This document shows, piece by piece, positions 40,533-51,315 of a stretch of 64,000 bases of DNA. How positions within the stretch are numbered: position 1 is the stretch's first letter; each line of letters starts with the position of its first letter. The notes under the pieces are model-generated. The model was not told where the DNA came from and ran no database searches. It worked only from the letters and a program-made list of their open reading frames with translations. Where the stretch lies: contig JAEOTA010000054.1 in assembly GCA_016840085.1 (NCBI GenBank), positions 32,001 to 96,000 on the forward strand. The letters run 5' to 3'. Origin of the DNA: Promethearchaeota archaeon. GTDB taxonomy: Archaea; Asgardarchaeota; Lokiarchaeia; Sigyniarchaeales; SOKP01. A program made the translations under genes and the position numbers.

Positions 40533-41404
40533 ATGGAATTTTCTAAACCAATAATTGATATAATTCAAGAGCGAATATCTCATAGAACTTATTCTGGACA
40601 CTCTCTTGAAAAAGATCTAAGAGAAAAGGTACTAAATTTATTGAAAAATCATGATTCGATAAGTCCTTTTAGTGAATATGCTGGAAAAGCAAGATTTAGG
40701 CTTTTAAGCATTCCAGAGTTTAACTCTAAAGAAAAGAAAAAGTTAGGGACTTATGGATTTATAAAGGGTGCTCAAGATTTTATTGTAGGAGCAGTTGAAA
40801 AATCTCAGTACAGTCGAGAACATTATGGATATCTTATGGAAACTATTATCTTAGGTGCCACAGATTTGGGGTTAGGTACATGTTGGTTAGGTGGTTTTTT
40901 TAACAGAAGTCTTTTTGCTTCGAAAATTAATTGTACATCAGATGAAATCGTACCTGCTATTACTCCCATTGGATATTCTACTCAGAGAACAGTTAGAGAA
41001 AAAATTATTCGATCATTTGCTAAAGCTGATAAACGATTGCCATGGGACCAATTATTTTTTGAAGGAAATCATAATGTCTTTCTGACTGAGGATAAAGCAG
41101 AAGAATATTCAAAATTACTTGAAATGATTAGATTAGGCCATCTGCGGGAAATAAGCAACCTTGGCGGATAATTAAGGGACCTAACAGAAAAATTTTTCAT
41201 TTTTATACGATTAATCCTAAAGATGGACGCTTTTTGCATTATAGCAAATTTCGACCTATAGATATTGGAATAGCAGTTAGTCACTTTGATCTTACGGCAA
41301 AAGAATTAGGTATCAATGGAGAATGGATATTTGAAAATCCTCAGGTTCCTGAAGCAGAGAATTTATTATATAAGATTACTTGGAATGGGGATAACAAAAA
41401 ATAA
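40533..41404 (+). pseudogene. Nitroreductase-family protein with a 1-nt deletion near 41136-41140
   Basis: RISHRTY, LGTYG, GLGTCWLGG; after GGCCA the other frame continues SAGNKQPWRII...DIGIAVSHF...ITWNGDNKK* to 41404. Confidence 0.8.
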
Positions 41405-41545
41405 TCCACCCAATAATTAGTGTTTTTTCTAAAAGTAAAGTTGATAAAAATATTTTAAATTATTATCAATAACTATAATTACTGAATGTAGTAATTTATC
41501 TTAAGAGAATATACTTTAAATTTTGAAAATAAAAGGAGTTAAAAA

Positions 41546-41782
41546 ATGATCTTCAATATTTTGCACACATATCCATTGGGACCATATCATTGGGTTTTCA
41601 TGTTAGTGGGAGGTTTAATTTATTTTGTATTAAGCCTATTTATCGCTAAATATATGCATAAAGATGCAATCAAGAGAGGAATCAAAAATAGTGAATTCTG
41701 GCTATTAATAGGTTTTATCCTTAACGTGATTGGTTTACTACTTTATATCTTTGTTAGGAATAATTACGAAGAAAGAACATAA
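41546..41782 (+). CDS. Small two-TM membrane protein (PLDc N-terminal-like)
   Basis: AAGGAG SD; YMHKDAIKRG...W....ILNVIGLLLYIFVR. Confidence 0.7.
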   Translation: MIFNILHTYPLGPYHWVFMLVGGLIYFVLSLFIAKYMHKDAIKRGIKNSEFWLLIGFILNVIGLLLYIFVRNNYEERT

Positions 41783-41984
41783 GACTTAAGATATGGGTAA
41801 AAAAGCAATTAAATTTCTATTTAATATTTTTTTCTTTTTTGAAATGGAAACATATCAAAATTCTATTGATATCCATATCTAAACCTTTTAAAATACTTCT
41901 AAAAAATAAACTTTAGTAAGAATTTGTCTAAGTTTTACAATTAAAACCTAATAGAAAATTTTCAAATTATAATCAAAAGCTATA

Positions 41985-41997
41985 TTTACGGGGTAAA
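41985..41997. promoter_or_regulatory. TTTAC-GGG-GTAAA inverted repeat with a G-tract, candidate CsoR/RcnR-type operator of copA
   Basis: Overlaps a BRE/TATA-like AAAAGCTATATTTA about 35 nt upstream of copA. Confidence 0.35.
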
Positions 41998-42030
41998 GTA
42001 ATAAATCATTAGACTTAGAGGTGATATGAA

Positions 42031-44907
42031 ATAGAAACAAAATCTACTGAAAAAGTAAAAATTAAACTTAGTGGTATGACATGTGCAAATTGTGCATACA
42101 AAATTGAGACAAAACTAAAAGGATTAGACGGAGTTAATAATTCAGTTGTCAATTTTGCTAATGAGGAAGCAACCGTTGAATTCAATCCCACTCTTGTAAA
42201 TTACGGTGATTTCAATAAAGCTATTCACGACTTAGGATATAAAGCTACTTTAGCTAAGATTGATCTTAAGATAATTAATCAGCTTACAGAAGAAGAATTC
42301 AATAACGTGGTTAATAAAGTAAGAGAAATAAAAGGAATTTATGGTGTTAGAGGAAATTTTAATGTAAATAAGCTATTTATTGAATTTAATGAATTGGAGT
42401 TAGATGAAAACAATGTATTTTCGCATGTTAAAAGCTTAGGTTATAAGATAGAAAAAACAGCTGGTGCAATGGATAAAGAAATTGAAAAGCATAAAAAAGA
42501 AATGAGATATCGACTTCGGATTCTAAGTATTTCTTTGATTTTTACCTTTATTATTACACCAATTAGTTGGTTTATAGAAGAATCATTTACAAGAAATCTA
42601 ATATTATTCTTTTTCGCTATTGGCAATTATACTATTGCAGGGTCTTTCTTTCTTATAGGTGCTTATAAATCTTTAAAAAATAAATCAACGAATATGGATG
42701 TTTTAGTTGCATTAGGTACGACAACAGCTTTGGTCTATTCGATTTTAACAACGTTTCTTATAGAAGGCAAGACGTTTTATGAAGCAATGAGTATGATTTT
42801 ATCATTCTTACTTGTCGGTAAGTATTTTGAACATAAAACGAAGGGTCAAACCTCTGAAGCAATTAAAAAGTTAATAGGTTTACAACCCAAAACAGCAACC
42901 CTGTTAAAAGATAATTATGAAATCGAGATTCCCATTGAAGAAATCGAAGTAGGTGATATTTTAGTAGTGAGACCTGGTGAAAAAATCCCCGTTGATGGAA
43001 AAGTGGTTAAAGGAAAGACAAAGGTTGATGAATCTATGATTACAGGTGAAAGTAAATATATAAAGAAAGAAGTAAATTCTGAAGTAATTGGTGCTACTGT
43101 CAACCAAACTGGATTAATTCAAATTATAACTGAAAAAGTAGGAAAAGACACTCTTTTATTCCAAATCATCGATTTTGTTAAAGAAGCTCAAAGTAAAAAG
43201 GCAGCAAAGCAAAAGTTAGCTGATAAAGTTAGTAATTATTTTGTTCCAGTTGTAGTGTTAATTGCAATGGGTGCATTTCTTTATTGGTATTTTTTTGCTC
43301 AAATTGGATTAGAATTATCATTATTAGTTTTTACTTCTATAGTTGTTATATCATGTCCATGTGCACTAGGTTTAGCTATTCCTACGGCCGTAATTGTCGG
43401 AACTGGTAAAGGTGCTGAAAATGGAATTTTATTAAAGGGAGGAGATTCTCTAGAAGCCATAAATACAATTAATGCCATAGTTTTTGATAAAACAGGAACA
43501 TTAACGGTTGGAAAACCTAAAGTATCTGTAATATTTACTGAAAAGGATTTAAAAGGCGAGGGATATGATGAGAAGGACCTTTTATTTTTTGCTGGGAGTG
43601 CTGAAATGGGATCTGAACATCCTCTAGCACAAGCAATAATAGAAGCGTCTAATCAAAAAGGCTTAACTCTTGAAACACCAATAGATTTTGATGCAATACC
43701 CGGAGAAGGCATCATTACTACTATTAGGAACAAAAGTGTGTTGATTGGTAATGAAAAACTGATAATTGAGAATAACTTCTCTTTTGAACCTTATAAAGAA
43801 AAGTATAATGAATTCCAGGAACAGGGAATAACCACGATATTAATTAGTATCGATAAAGATGTACGAGGAATTATTGGAATATCCGATAAAATTAAAGATC
43901 AAGCACCTTATGCTTTAGATAAATTACGAGAAAAAGGATTAGAACTTTATATGATTACTGGAGATAATAAACAAACTGCCTTAAGTATAGGAAAGCAATT
44001 AAAAATTAATGAGGACCATATTTTAGCAGAAGTTTTACCTAACGAAAAAGCGACTAAAATACAGGAATTACAGCAATTAGATGATCACAAAATAGTTGCC
44101 ATGGTAGGAGATGGTATTAACGACGCTCCGGCATTAGCACAAGCGGATGTTGGAATTGCTATAGGTTCTGGAACTGATATTGCTATAGAAACTGCTGATA
44201 TAGTCTTAATGAGAGGAGACCTAAGAAACGTTGTATCAGCAATCAATTTATCTAAAAAGACATATAGAAAAATGATTACAAATTTAATCTGGGCTTTTAT
44301 TTATAATCTTATTGGCATTCCTATTGCAGCTGGTATTTTATATTATGCTACAGGATTTTTCTTACCACCTTATTTAGCTGCGGTCTTTATGGCTTCCAGC
44401 TCAGTTTCAGTTGTAACAAATGCATTGTTTTTGAAAAGATTTGAACCTAAAACACCTCAACAATTAGAAGAAGAACGGTTATTGATCTCTCAAGAAAAAG
44501 TTATTGATCCTGTATGTGGTATGCAAATCGAACCTAGGCGTGCTATTGAATATGAATATAAAGATAAGATTTATCATTTTTGTAATCCAAACTGTGAAGC
44601 TCATTTCAAACGTGATCCTGAGAGATTTAAAAACTATGGTGCTATGGATCCGAAATTAATGCAAATGAAAAGCTCTAATAATAAAGAGATAAAAGAAATT
44701 GTAAATGAAAATAATCTAAAAAAAGAGGATGATAAAAAAATGGGAAAATTAAAATGTAAAGAATGTGGATTTGAACAAGAAATCCCAATGCATTGTGGAC
44801 AACCAATGCATAAAGAAGGAAATCAGTTAGTCTGTTGGATGGGTGCATCTTGTGGAGCGCAACCAATTCCAGAACATCATAGTAAACCAATGGAAGTAGT
44901 TAAATAA
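42031..44907 (+). CDS. copA: Cu(I)-translocating P1B-type ATPase with two N-terminal HMA domains, a YHS/TRASH domain and a Cys/His-rich C-terminal domain
   Basis: [41 protein letters not shown]; DPVCGM...YHFC..C; the HMA beta1 strand lies upstream of ATG 42076, so ATA 42031 is used as start. Confidence 0.93.
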   Translation: METKSTEKVKIKLSGMTCANCAYKIETKLKGLDGVNNSVVNFANEEATVEFNPTLVNYGDFNKAIHDLGYKATLAKIDLKIINQLTEEEFNNVVNKVREIKGIYGVRGNFNVNKLFIEFNELELDENNVFSHVKSLGYKIEKTAGAMDKEIEKHKKEMRYRLRILSISLIFTFIITPISWFIEESFTRNLILFFFAIGNYTIAGSFFLIGAYKSLKNKSTNMDVLVALGTTTALVYSILTTFLIEGKTFYEAMSMILSFLLVGKYFEHKTKGQTSEAIKKLIGLQPKTATLLKDNYEIEIPIEEIEVGDILVVRPGEKIPVDGKVVKGKTKVDESMITGESKYIKKEVNSEVIGATVNQTGLIQIITEKVGKDTLLFQIIDFVKEAQSKKAAKQKLADKVSNYFVPVVVLIAMGAFLYWYFFAQIGLELSLLVFTSIVVISCPCALGLAIPTAVIVGTGKGAENGILLKGGDSLEAINTINAIVFDKTGTLTVGKPKVSVIFTEKDLKGEGYDEKDLLFFAGSAEMGSEHPLAQAIIEASNQKGLTLETPIDFDAIPGEGIITTIRNKSVLIGNEKLIIENNFSFEPYKEKYNEFQEQGITTILISIDKDVRGIIGISDKIKDQAPYALDKLREKGLELYMITGDNKQTALSIGKQLKINEDHILAEVLPNEKATKIQELQQLDDHKIVAMVGDGINDAPALAQADVGIAIGSGTDIAIETADIVLMRGDLRNVVSAINLSKKTYRKMITNLIWAFIYNLIGIPIAAGILYYATGFFLPPYLAAVFMASSSVSVVTNALFLKRFEPKTPQQLEEERLLISQEKVIDPVCGMQIEPRRAIEYEYKDKIYHFCNPNCEAHFKRDPERFKNYGAMDPKLMQMKSSNNKEIKEIVNENNLKKEDDKKMGKLKCKECGFEQEIPMHCGQPMHKEGNQLVCWMGASCGAQPIPEHHSKPMEVVK

Positions 44908-44935
44908 AAAATTTTGAAAGGAGGTGGATAAAAAT

Positions 44936-45109
44936 ATGGGATTGTACAAGTGTAGTGGATGTGGCAAGGTAATAGATACATTGCCGAAATGTTGCGGAGA
45001 AGATATGATCTATGATGAAGAAGAAAATCAATTTGAATGTTATATGGGACCAAAATGTGGATATCTTCCATTGAATAATCTTAAATGCGAAGATTGTTGT
45101 AATGATTAA
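44936..45109 (+). CDS. Small Cys-rich metal-binding protein (57 aa, 9 Cys), paralog of the CopA C-terminal domain
   Basis: GGAGGTG SD then MGLYKCSGCG...PKCCGEDM...NQFECYMGPKCG. Confidence 0.8.
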   Translation: MGLYKCSGCGKVIDTLPKCCGEDMIYDEEENQFECYMGPKCGYLPLNNLKCEDCCND

Positions 45110-45208
45110 TCAATAATAAATACAATTTTTTCTTTTAAATTTTTAGCATTAAAAAAAGGCTTTTAAAATTTTTTTCTATGAATAGTGTAAAGAATTAATA
45201 TAATCTTT

Positions 45209-46510
45209 TTATTCATTAATAGGATTATTTTTGTCTTTCAGTTTCAACCAGATTTCTAGAAACACAAACATTAATAATCCGATAAAGCAAAGCAGAGCGC
45301 CAATGAGAAATGCCACTTGATATGCAAAAATTTCACTTTTTCCTTGGTTTATGAGAGCATCTATCAGTGGACCACTGATCAAAGTGCTGGCAGACCCCCA
45401 ACTCAAGAAAAAAGTAGTGTTATATACAGCGAATAATTTTGCGCGAATTCTTGCTGGAATCAGATTTGAAGCTATCGCATAGGAAGATGCATATATTATT
45501 ACTTCTGCTGCCCCTATTAAGAAACCCCCTACAAAAATGAGCTCTAAATGAATGGTAGTGGCTGTAATTATTAAAGCAATAATTCCTATAGAAGTTCCAA
45601 GTATTAATGATCGAGAATGACCAAATTTTTTACTTAAAAATCCTGCTATAAATCCAATTATTACTACTGCTACTGAACGCATATTTGCTATAAAACTTAA
45701 CATTATACTATTTACATTAAAACCCGAATCCAAAGAGAGGTATTGAGAGTATGGAACTGCGATTGAATTTCTTCCAAAATTAATAAAAATCAATGAAATT
45801 ATGAATACAATAAAGATGACTATATTTTTTTGATTATTTTTATTGTTTAATTCAACTAGATTTTTCTCCTCTTTTTCTTCTAAATTAATACCTCCTTCTG
45901 GACAGAATAACATAGGTAAAGTAGATATAAACATAACAAACGATGCAACAAAAAACAATGACCCGTTTCTAAATCCCAACCCTTGATCATACAAAAATCC
46001 TCCTATGAATATTCCAATAATACGCCCCAATCCTCCTATACTATTAAGCTCACCCATAATTTTTGTGCGTTTTTCATAAGGATATAAATCAGTAACCAAT
46101 GCGCTCCAACCAATATTAGACATTGACCAAAACATTTCTACACAACTAAGACCAATTATAATTACATATCCCGCAAGGTATAGGTTACTAAATGAATAAT
46201 GTATTAGCCAAATACTAAGTGTGCCAATCCCCGCAAGAATCTCACCTAAAATTATTAAAGTACGGCGGAGTTGAAATTTATCACTAATAGGCCCCCATAC
46301 AAAGTTCTGAAATATAACACTCATTATCATAGGAAGCGTAGCGTATAGAGTGGTTTCCCATACTGACATATTTAAAAATTCTTTTAAATAAATTGATAAA
46401 AAAGTGTAAAATAAACCCCTTCTAAACATTGCTAACATTTGAAAAGAAGATAATCCAATAAAAATGTTAGAAGATGATTTGGATGCTGTTTTCGTCAACA
46501 AATCTCTCAA
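45209..46510 (-). CDS. MFS transporter
   Basis: About 12 TM segments, WGPISDKFQLRR motif A. Confidence 0.88.
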   Translation of the reverse strand: MRDLLTKTASKSSSNIFIGLSSFQMLAMFRRGLFYTFLSIYLKEFLNMSVWETTLYATLPMIMSVIFQNFVWGPISDKFQLRRTLIILGEILAGIGTLSIWLIHYSFSNLYLAGYVIIIGLSCVEMFWSMSNIGWSALVTDLYPYEKRTKIMGELNSIGGLGRIIGIFIGGFLYDQGLGFRNGSLFFVASFVMFISTLPMLFCPEGGINLEEKEEKNLVELNNKNNQKNIVIFIVFIISLIFINFGRNSIAVPYSQYLSLDSGFNVNSIMLSFIANMRSVAVVIIGFIAGFLSKKFGHSRSLILGTSIGIIALIITATTIHLELIFVGGFLIGAAEVIIYASSYAIASNLIPARIRAKLFAVYNTTFFLSWGSASTLISGPLIDALINQGKSEIFAYQVAFLIGALLCFIGLLMFVFLEIWLKLKDKNNPINE

Positions 46511-46652
46511 TAATTAATCTTTATCTTTTTTAAATAACCAAAAGAAAAAAATTTTATTTATTCTGATTTTGACATACAATTTTAAAAAATAGTTGAATTA
46601 AAAAAAAGTTTGAATTTTTTGATACTAACAGTTTAGAATTATTTTATTCGTT

Positions 46653-49031
46653 TTATGTCTGTTTTTTCTCAAAATTTTTAATAATCGAATCTAGTAGATT
46701 TCTTATCTTAATGTTATTTGGGATAAGTTCCAATTGTTCTGTATATAATGGATAATTTTTATGTAAAATATTTAATAACTCAAGCCAAGACTTCTGATTT
46801 TCCGTTTGATTCGGAATGTCTTTTTTTAATTGAAAAATAATCCTCTTTTCTTTCTTAGATTTTATAGCTCTTAGGAAATTTTTGGCAACTAAAATTCTAA
46901 AAGCAAAATATTCTTCAGGTCTAAAATGAGCTAATGAATAATTCATACTATCATCTGAAAACGGCAAAATTTTAATCCTTTTATCCTCAGGTTCCTCGGG
47001 ATTTTCAATTAACGTAAATTCTAAGTCTCTTTTACTAATTTCGTCTAAAATAAAATATAATTCTCCTAAAGGTATTTTAGTACTGCGTTCTAGCTGATTG
47101 ATAATTTTTGAAACGGGGATATAAAACTCAGGATTTCTATCAGGAGTTTCTATTCTATACATATATTCTTTTTTTACATTTTCTATAATTTGATTTTTTA
47201 GATCTTCTGATAATATTGCTTTAAAAGTCTCAGTTACATGAGCTTCCTCTTTAATTTTTTCAACTTTTTTTTCATCAATATGCTTTTTTCTATAATTTGT
47301 TGTAAGGGATTCAATAAATCTATCTGAAGCTTTATCTGATTCAGCTTTAGTTTTTAATCTACTTACCCCACTCGCTGTTGCAGTAGCTGTTTTGAATAAT
47401 CTTTCTTGTAAATATTTCTTTGCTTTTTGTTCTGCTACTTCTTTTTTCTCAAATCGTTCCGTGACGGAAGTAAAATCGATGAATTTTGTCGATTTACCTA
47501 ATTCATCTCTCCTTTGTGTTATAAGAATATCCATATCTTTTTCAGCTAATTGCCTTATCATAGAATAGACATTTGCTTTTGATAACTGAGTCGCTTTAAT
47601 CAATTCACGCTCAAGAATCTCAATTGGAAATGCTTCTCCTCTTCTTATATATTCACTTCTAATAATTATATAGATTTTTTCCATACTTTTCTCTTCTTCG
47701 TTGACAGTTTCTTTTTGCATCCTCATAAACATCGAAGTTTCATGAGGTTTGAGATAATAAACTAATATTGTCAAACCTAAGAAACAAATAATTAAAACAG
47801 ATATGATATATTTATCAAATGATAATATTTCTCCTACAAAAGTTAGAGTTTGATTAGGGATTTCAGCGATATTAATATATCGAGTAAAAGTTTGAGCAAG
47901 TACACTAGCTAAAAGAAATAAAATTAATCCATCTTTTTTAAAGATCAATATTTGCCAACCTAATGATTGTCCTGTTTTTTTAACTATACGATATAAGAAA
48001 AACATAGAAATTAAAAATTCAAAAAGAAATATGAATGAAAATATTGACTCTGTTGCCCCAACTGTTGCTTTGAAAGATGTTATGGTTTCTGGACGCATAA
48101 CAAGAAAGATTGTCATTTGTAATATTTGAAAGAAAAATATAAAGAATACGATTAGTGAGAAAGTAAAATTATCGAAAGAACCAGCTCTTTTTGTTTCAGC
48201 TCGTCTTCTGGTAAAAACTATTTCAAAAATAATAAATAAAAGAGTTGCTACCAAACTCAAATAAATTAAAGGCATAACAAGGCGCATTTCTGTTTCATAT
48301 ACTTTTACAGCATTTTCAGGGTCAAAATGGCTAAAAAAATCTAGAGATAAAAATACTAAGAAGCTCCTGTAAAATAATGAAATTATAACTAGAATACCTA
48401 AAATAACAAAAGGGGTAATTAATACCCCTGCATATCTAGGAATAGAATATTTTTTAATGAATCTGGCTTCTATTTTAGTAGAAAATTTACGCGAATAAAC
48501 ATAAAACCTACTACTTAAAAGGAATAGCCATATCATTGCTAATAACAATAAATAGGATGTAAAATTAATACTCGTACCTATATATAAAAACATGAAGTAG
48601 AGACTAACTATTAATCCAACATATAAGATAAATTGCTTGATTGCAGATTTTTCTTCAAAAATAAAAAGCCTTACTTTATCAATACTAAATATCACTGATA
48701 AAATTAAGAAAAAAGCTATAATTGTGTTTGAAAACGCAAAAGGATTTCCAAACATCAAGATTGCGGTTAATGGATTTCTTGAAATATTAATTTCTAAAAT
48801 TAACAGGAATGCATATAAAATAAAAATACCATATAAACCAATAAATTTCTTTTTAAATGAGTAAAATTTAGGCTCTTGCCCTTCAAGGTACACTTCTTGA
48901 TGAACTATTTTATCATAAACATATTTCAACTTTTTTTTTACATTTGAGAAAAATCCGCCTATTTTTGTATTTAGTCTCGAAAAAAAGCTGATTTTCCTAT
49001 GTTTAATCTCTGGCGATTCCTTTTTAGACAT
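46653..49031 (-). CDS. Large hypothetical membrane protein: about 11-TM N-terminal region plus cytoplasmic winged-helix-like repeats
   Basis: Hydrophobic segments through about aa 425, then two similar helical units (IRSEYIRR...LERELIKAT and VKKEYMYR...INQLERST). Confidence 0.75.
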   Translation of the reverse strand: MSKKESPEIKHRKISFFSRLNTKIGGFFSNVKKKLKYVYDKIVHQEVYLEGQEPKFYSFKKKFIGLYGIFILYAFLLILEINISRNPLTAILMFGNPFAFSNTIIAFFLILSVIFSIDKVRLFIFEEKSAIKQFILYVGLIVSLYFMFLYIGTSINFTSYLLLLAMIWLFLLSSRFYVYSRKFSTKIEARFIKKYSIPRYAGVLITPFVILGILVIISLFYRSFLVFLSLDFFSHFDPENAVKVYETEMRLVMPLIYLSLVATLLFIIFEIVFTRRRAETKRAGSFDNFTFSLIVFFIFFFQILQMTIFLVMRPETITSFKATVGATESIFSFIFLFEFLISMFFLYRIVKKTGQSLGWQILIFKKDGLILFLLASVLAQTFTRYINIAEIPNQTLTFVGEILSFDKYIISVLIICFLGLTILVYYLKPHETSMFMRMQKETVNEEEKSMEKIYIIIRSEYIRRGEAFPIEILERELIKATQLSKANVYSMIRQLAEKDMDILITQRRDELGKSTKFIDFTSVTERFEKKEVAEQKAKKYLQERLFKTATATASGVSRLKTKAESDKASDRFIESLTTNYRKKHIDEKKVEKIKEEAHVTETFKAILSEDLKNQIIENVKKEYMYRIETPDRNPEFYIPVSKIINQLERSTKIPLGELYFILDEISKRDLEFTLIENPEEPEDKRIKILPFSDDSMNYSLAHFRPEEYFAFRILVAKNFLRAIKSKKEKRIIFQLKKDIPNQTENQKSWLELLNILHKNYPLYTEQLELIPNNIKIRNLLDSIIKNFEKKQT

Positions 49032-49365
49032 TATTTGACAATAAAATTATTATAATTAAATGTTATAAATGAGAGTTTTTAAAATTTAAGAAAAAAAATT
49101 ATTATTACATATTATTCACTTAGAAAGCCACCCATCAAAAACTCTCTCTTCTTCTTGGTTTGAAATATCTTGTAAACACTGCTTCTGGGAATCCGTCTTA
49201 TAATAGAAACTATAACACTTGATGCAATTCCATCTTTTAAGAACTGGGTTCCACACTAATACGGTGAATCATTTAAATCGTAATGCTGCTGGAAAGCGTG
49301 AAGAGCTAGATTGCTTTAAAAGAACCCTGAATTCTGTTGTGGAATTTGGGTTTATGGACTCGCGG

Positions 49366-50757
49366 TTACATAGTAATTTCCTTAATTTTTTTAAGGATAA
49401 TTTCTGAGCATTCAAGAGCACTTTGTGCTGCAAGTTCTGTCCCAATGCCCCAACCACCCGCATCTCCACCCACCATGTATAGTCCTTCAATTGGTAAGGA
49501 TATTGAAGGTCGATTGATTCCTGCCTGTTCTGTTGTTTGAGAAATGCCAATAACCGAACCTTCTTTTCCCCACATTGTTTCGATATCATGTGGAGTAGTA
49601 ATATCGCACCATAGTAAATTATTGGATAAACCTGGAAAGACTTTTTCTAACGTGTTCATTGAATTCTCAATCCATTTCTCTTTATTTTTTTCAAAGATCT
49701 CTTTCGGTACAAATGTTCCAGCTGTCATCAGCTGACACCCTTCAGGAGCCATTGAGGAGTGATAATTCGAAGGTATGGGAATGAAGTAATCTATCTCGTC
49801 AGGTACTTTACCTTTTAAAATTGACTTAAATTTCTTTTCTGGGTCTTCTGAAGTAAACGATACAACGATTTTATATGGAGATAATGGCTTTTTAAGAGCA
49901 ATTTTTATGGTAAGAGCACTCACCGAGTACTTTAAATTGTCAATCTCTTTCAGAAAACTTTTATCAAAGTATTTTCTGCCAATTAAAGTATTGACAGTTT
50001 CTTTTATTCCGGCATTTGAGATAACAATATTCGAAGTAAAAAATTCACCACTATCTAGTTTCACGCCTTTTACTTCATCGTTTTCTATAACAATTTCTTC
50101 TACAGTAGTTCCTGTTTTAACTGACCCTCCATGTTTTCTAATTCCATCGGCATAAGCAGAAGGAATAGATATACACCCTCCTTTAGGATAACCTACACTC
50201 TGATGTTTATTAAGTGTAGTCAAACATCTGATAAACTCCCCGGTTGATACTGCGTGATATGGGATTACAAAATATAACCCACAAATAATATAAAAATATG
50301 AATGTATAAGGGTATTTGTTGTATATTGATTCAACCAAGACTTTACATTAATTGTGTCTAATTCATTTGTATTTTTTATCTTTGATGTTTCACTAATCAA
50401 TTTTAATAAACCCAGAAAATCTTCTTTCGGTAATAATTTTCTGAAATCTTCTGGAAATTGATAAAGCTTACTTTCAAGGTGCCAGCGTGCTTCATCACTT
50501 CCTATTATACTCCAATCAATGGTATTTTGCATTCCAATCTTATTTAAAACTTCACCAAGAGGCCCGTGTTGGCATCTAGCAAATGAATGCACACCAAGAT
50601 CGACTTTAAAGCCTTCCTTCTCATAAGTACTACACCGCCCTCCTATAAATTTATTTTTTTCAACAAGTAATGTTTTTAATTGATTTGAGGCTAAAAGAGC
50701 TCCAATTGCTGTGCCTCCAATACCACCACCAATAACAACTATATCATAATCGGTCAT
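49366..50757 (-). CDS. Phytoene desaturase-family FAD-dependent oxidoreductase
   Basis: VIGGGIGG, EK...GGR, GFKVDLG, YPKGG, TTPHD, IEGLYMVG. Confidence 0.88.
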   Translation of the reverse strand: MTDYDIVVIGGGIGGTAIGALLASNQLKTLLVEKNKFIGGRCSTYEKEGFKVDLGVHSFARCQHGPLGEVLNKIGMQNTIDWSIIGSDEARWHLESKLYQFPEDFRKLLPKEDFLGLLKLISETSKIKNTNELDTINVKSWLNQYTTNTLIHSYFYIICGLYFVIPYHAVSTGEFIRCLTTLNKHQSVGYPKGGCISIPSAYADGIRKHGGSVKTGTTVEEIVIENDEVKGVKLDSGEFFTSNIVISNAGIKETVNTLIGRKYFDKSFLKEIDNLKYSVSALTIKIALKKPLSPYKIVVSFTSEDPEKKFKSILKGKVPDEIDYFIPIPSNYHSSMAPEGCQLMTAGTFVPKEIFEKNKEKWIENSMNTLEKVFPGLSNNLLWCDITTPHDIETMWGKEGSVIGISQTTEQAGINRPSISLPIEGLYMVGGDAGGWGIGTELAAQSALECSEIILKKIKEITM

Positions 50758-51022
50758 TTTTAAGACACTATGCCCTCTTTTTTATTAAAAATTATATAAA
50801 ATTTTAATCAATCGATAATATGAATGCTTTTTATATAAATCTTATAAAAATGAATAAAAAAACATCCTAATGTTTATTGGATTCTCTCAGATTTTCTCAT
50901 ACTATGTTTTTTTAATTTAAACCTAATTATAGTATTATCATAGAAATCGATTAGATAAATTATGGTTGAAAGTTTTAAAAGGAATCTTTAAATATTTTTA
51001 AATATAACACAAATTTTTTATT

Positions 51023-51307
51023 TTGAGAATGGAAAAAAAACAATTACAAAATAGAGAAACATTAATCCACTTAGTTAAAAGAGCAATTGAATTACTCTGT
51101 GAAAAAAATATCTCAAGTATAGTTGTTCTCTCATCATATAAAATTAATTCGGTACTAAGAGAGTCCTTCGGGATCGATATAAAAGTAGATAAAATAGGTA
51201 GGGTTTTGAGCAAAATCGCTAAGTTAAATGAATTAAAAAGATTAAGTACAAATATTCCTAAATATAAATTACAAATCTCTAAAGTTTCAAGCTTAAAATT
51301 CTTTTAA
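51023..51307 (+). CDS. Small basic hypothetical protein (possible winged helix)
   Basis: 94-aa ORF; VDKIGRVLSKIAK helix followed by a beta-wing-like segment. Confidence 0.6.
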   Translation: MRMEKKQLQNRETLIHLVKRAIELLCEKNISSIVVLSSYKINSVLRESFGIDIKVDKIGRVLSKIAKLNELKRLSTNIPKYKLQISKVSSLKFF

Positions 51308-51315
51308 AATAAATT

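Noticed and set aside
49116-49372. Minus-strand reading ...RFK-TGA-FTVLVWNPVLKRWNCIKCY...GWLSK, a possible small CxxC protein or TGA read-through
   Set aside because: No clear start and no recognisable family; probably a gene remnant
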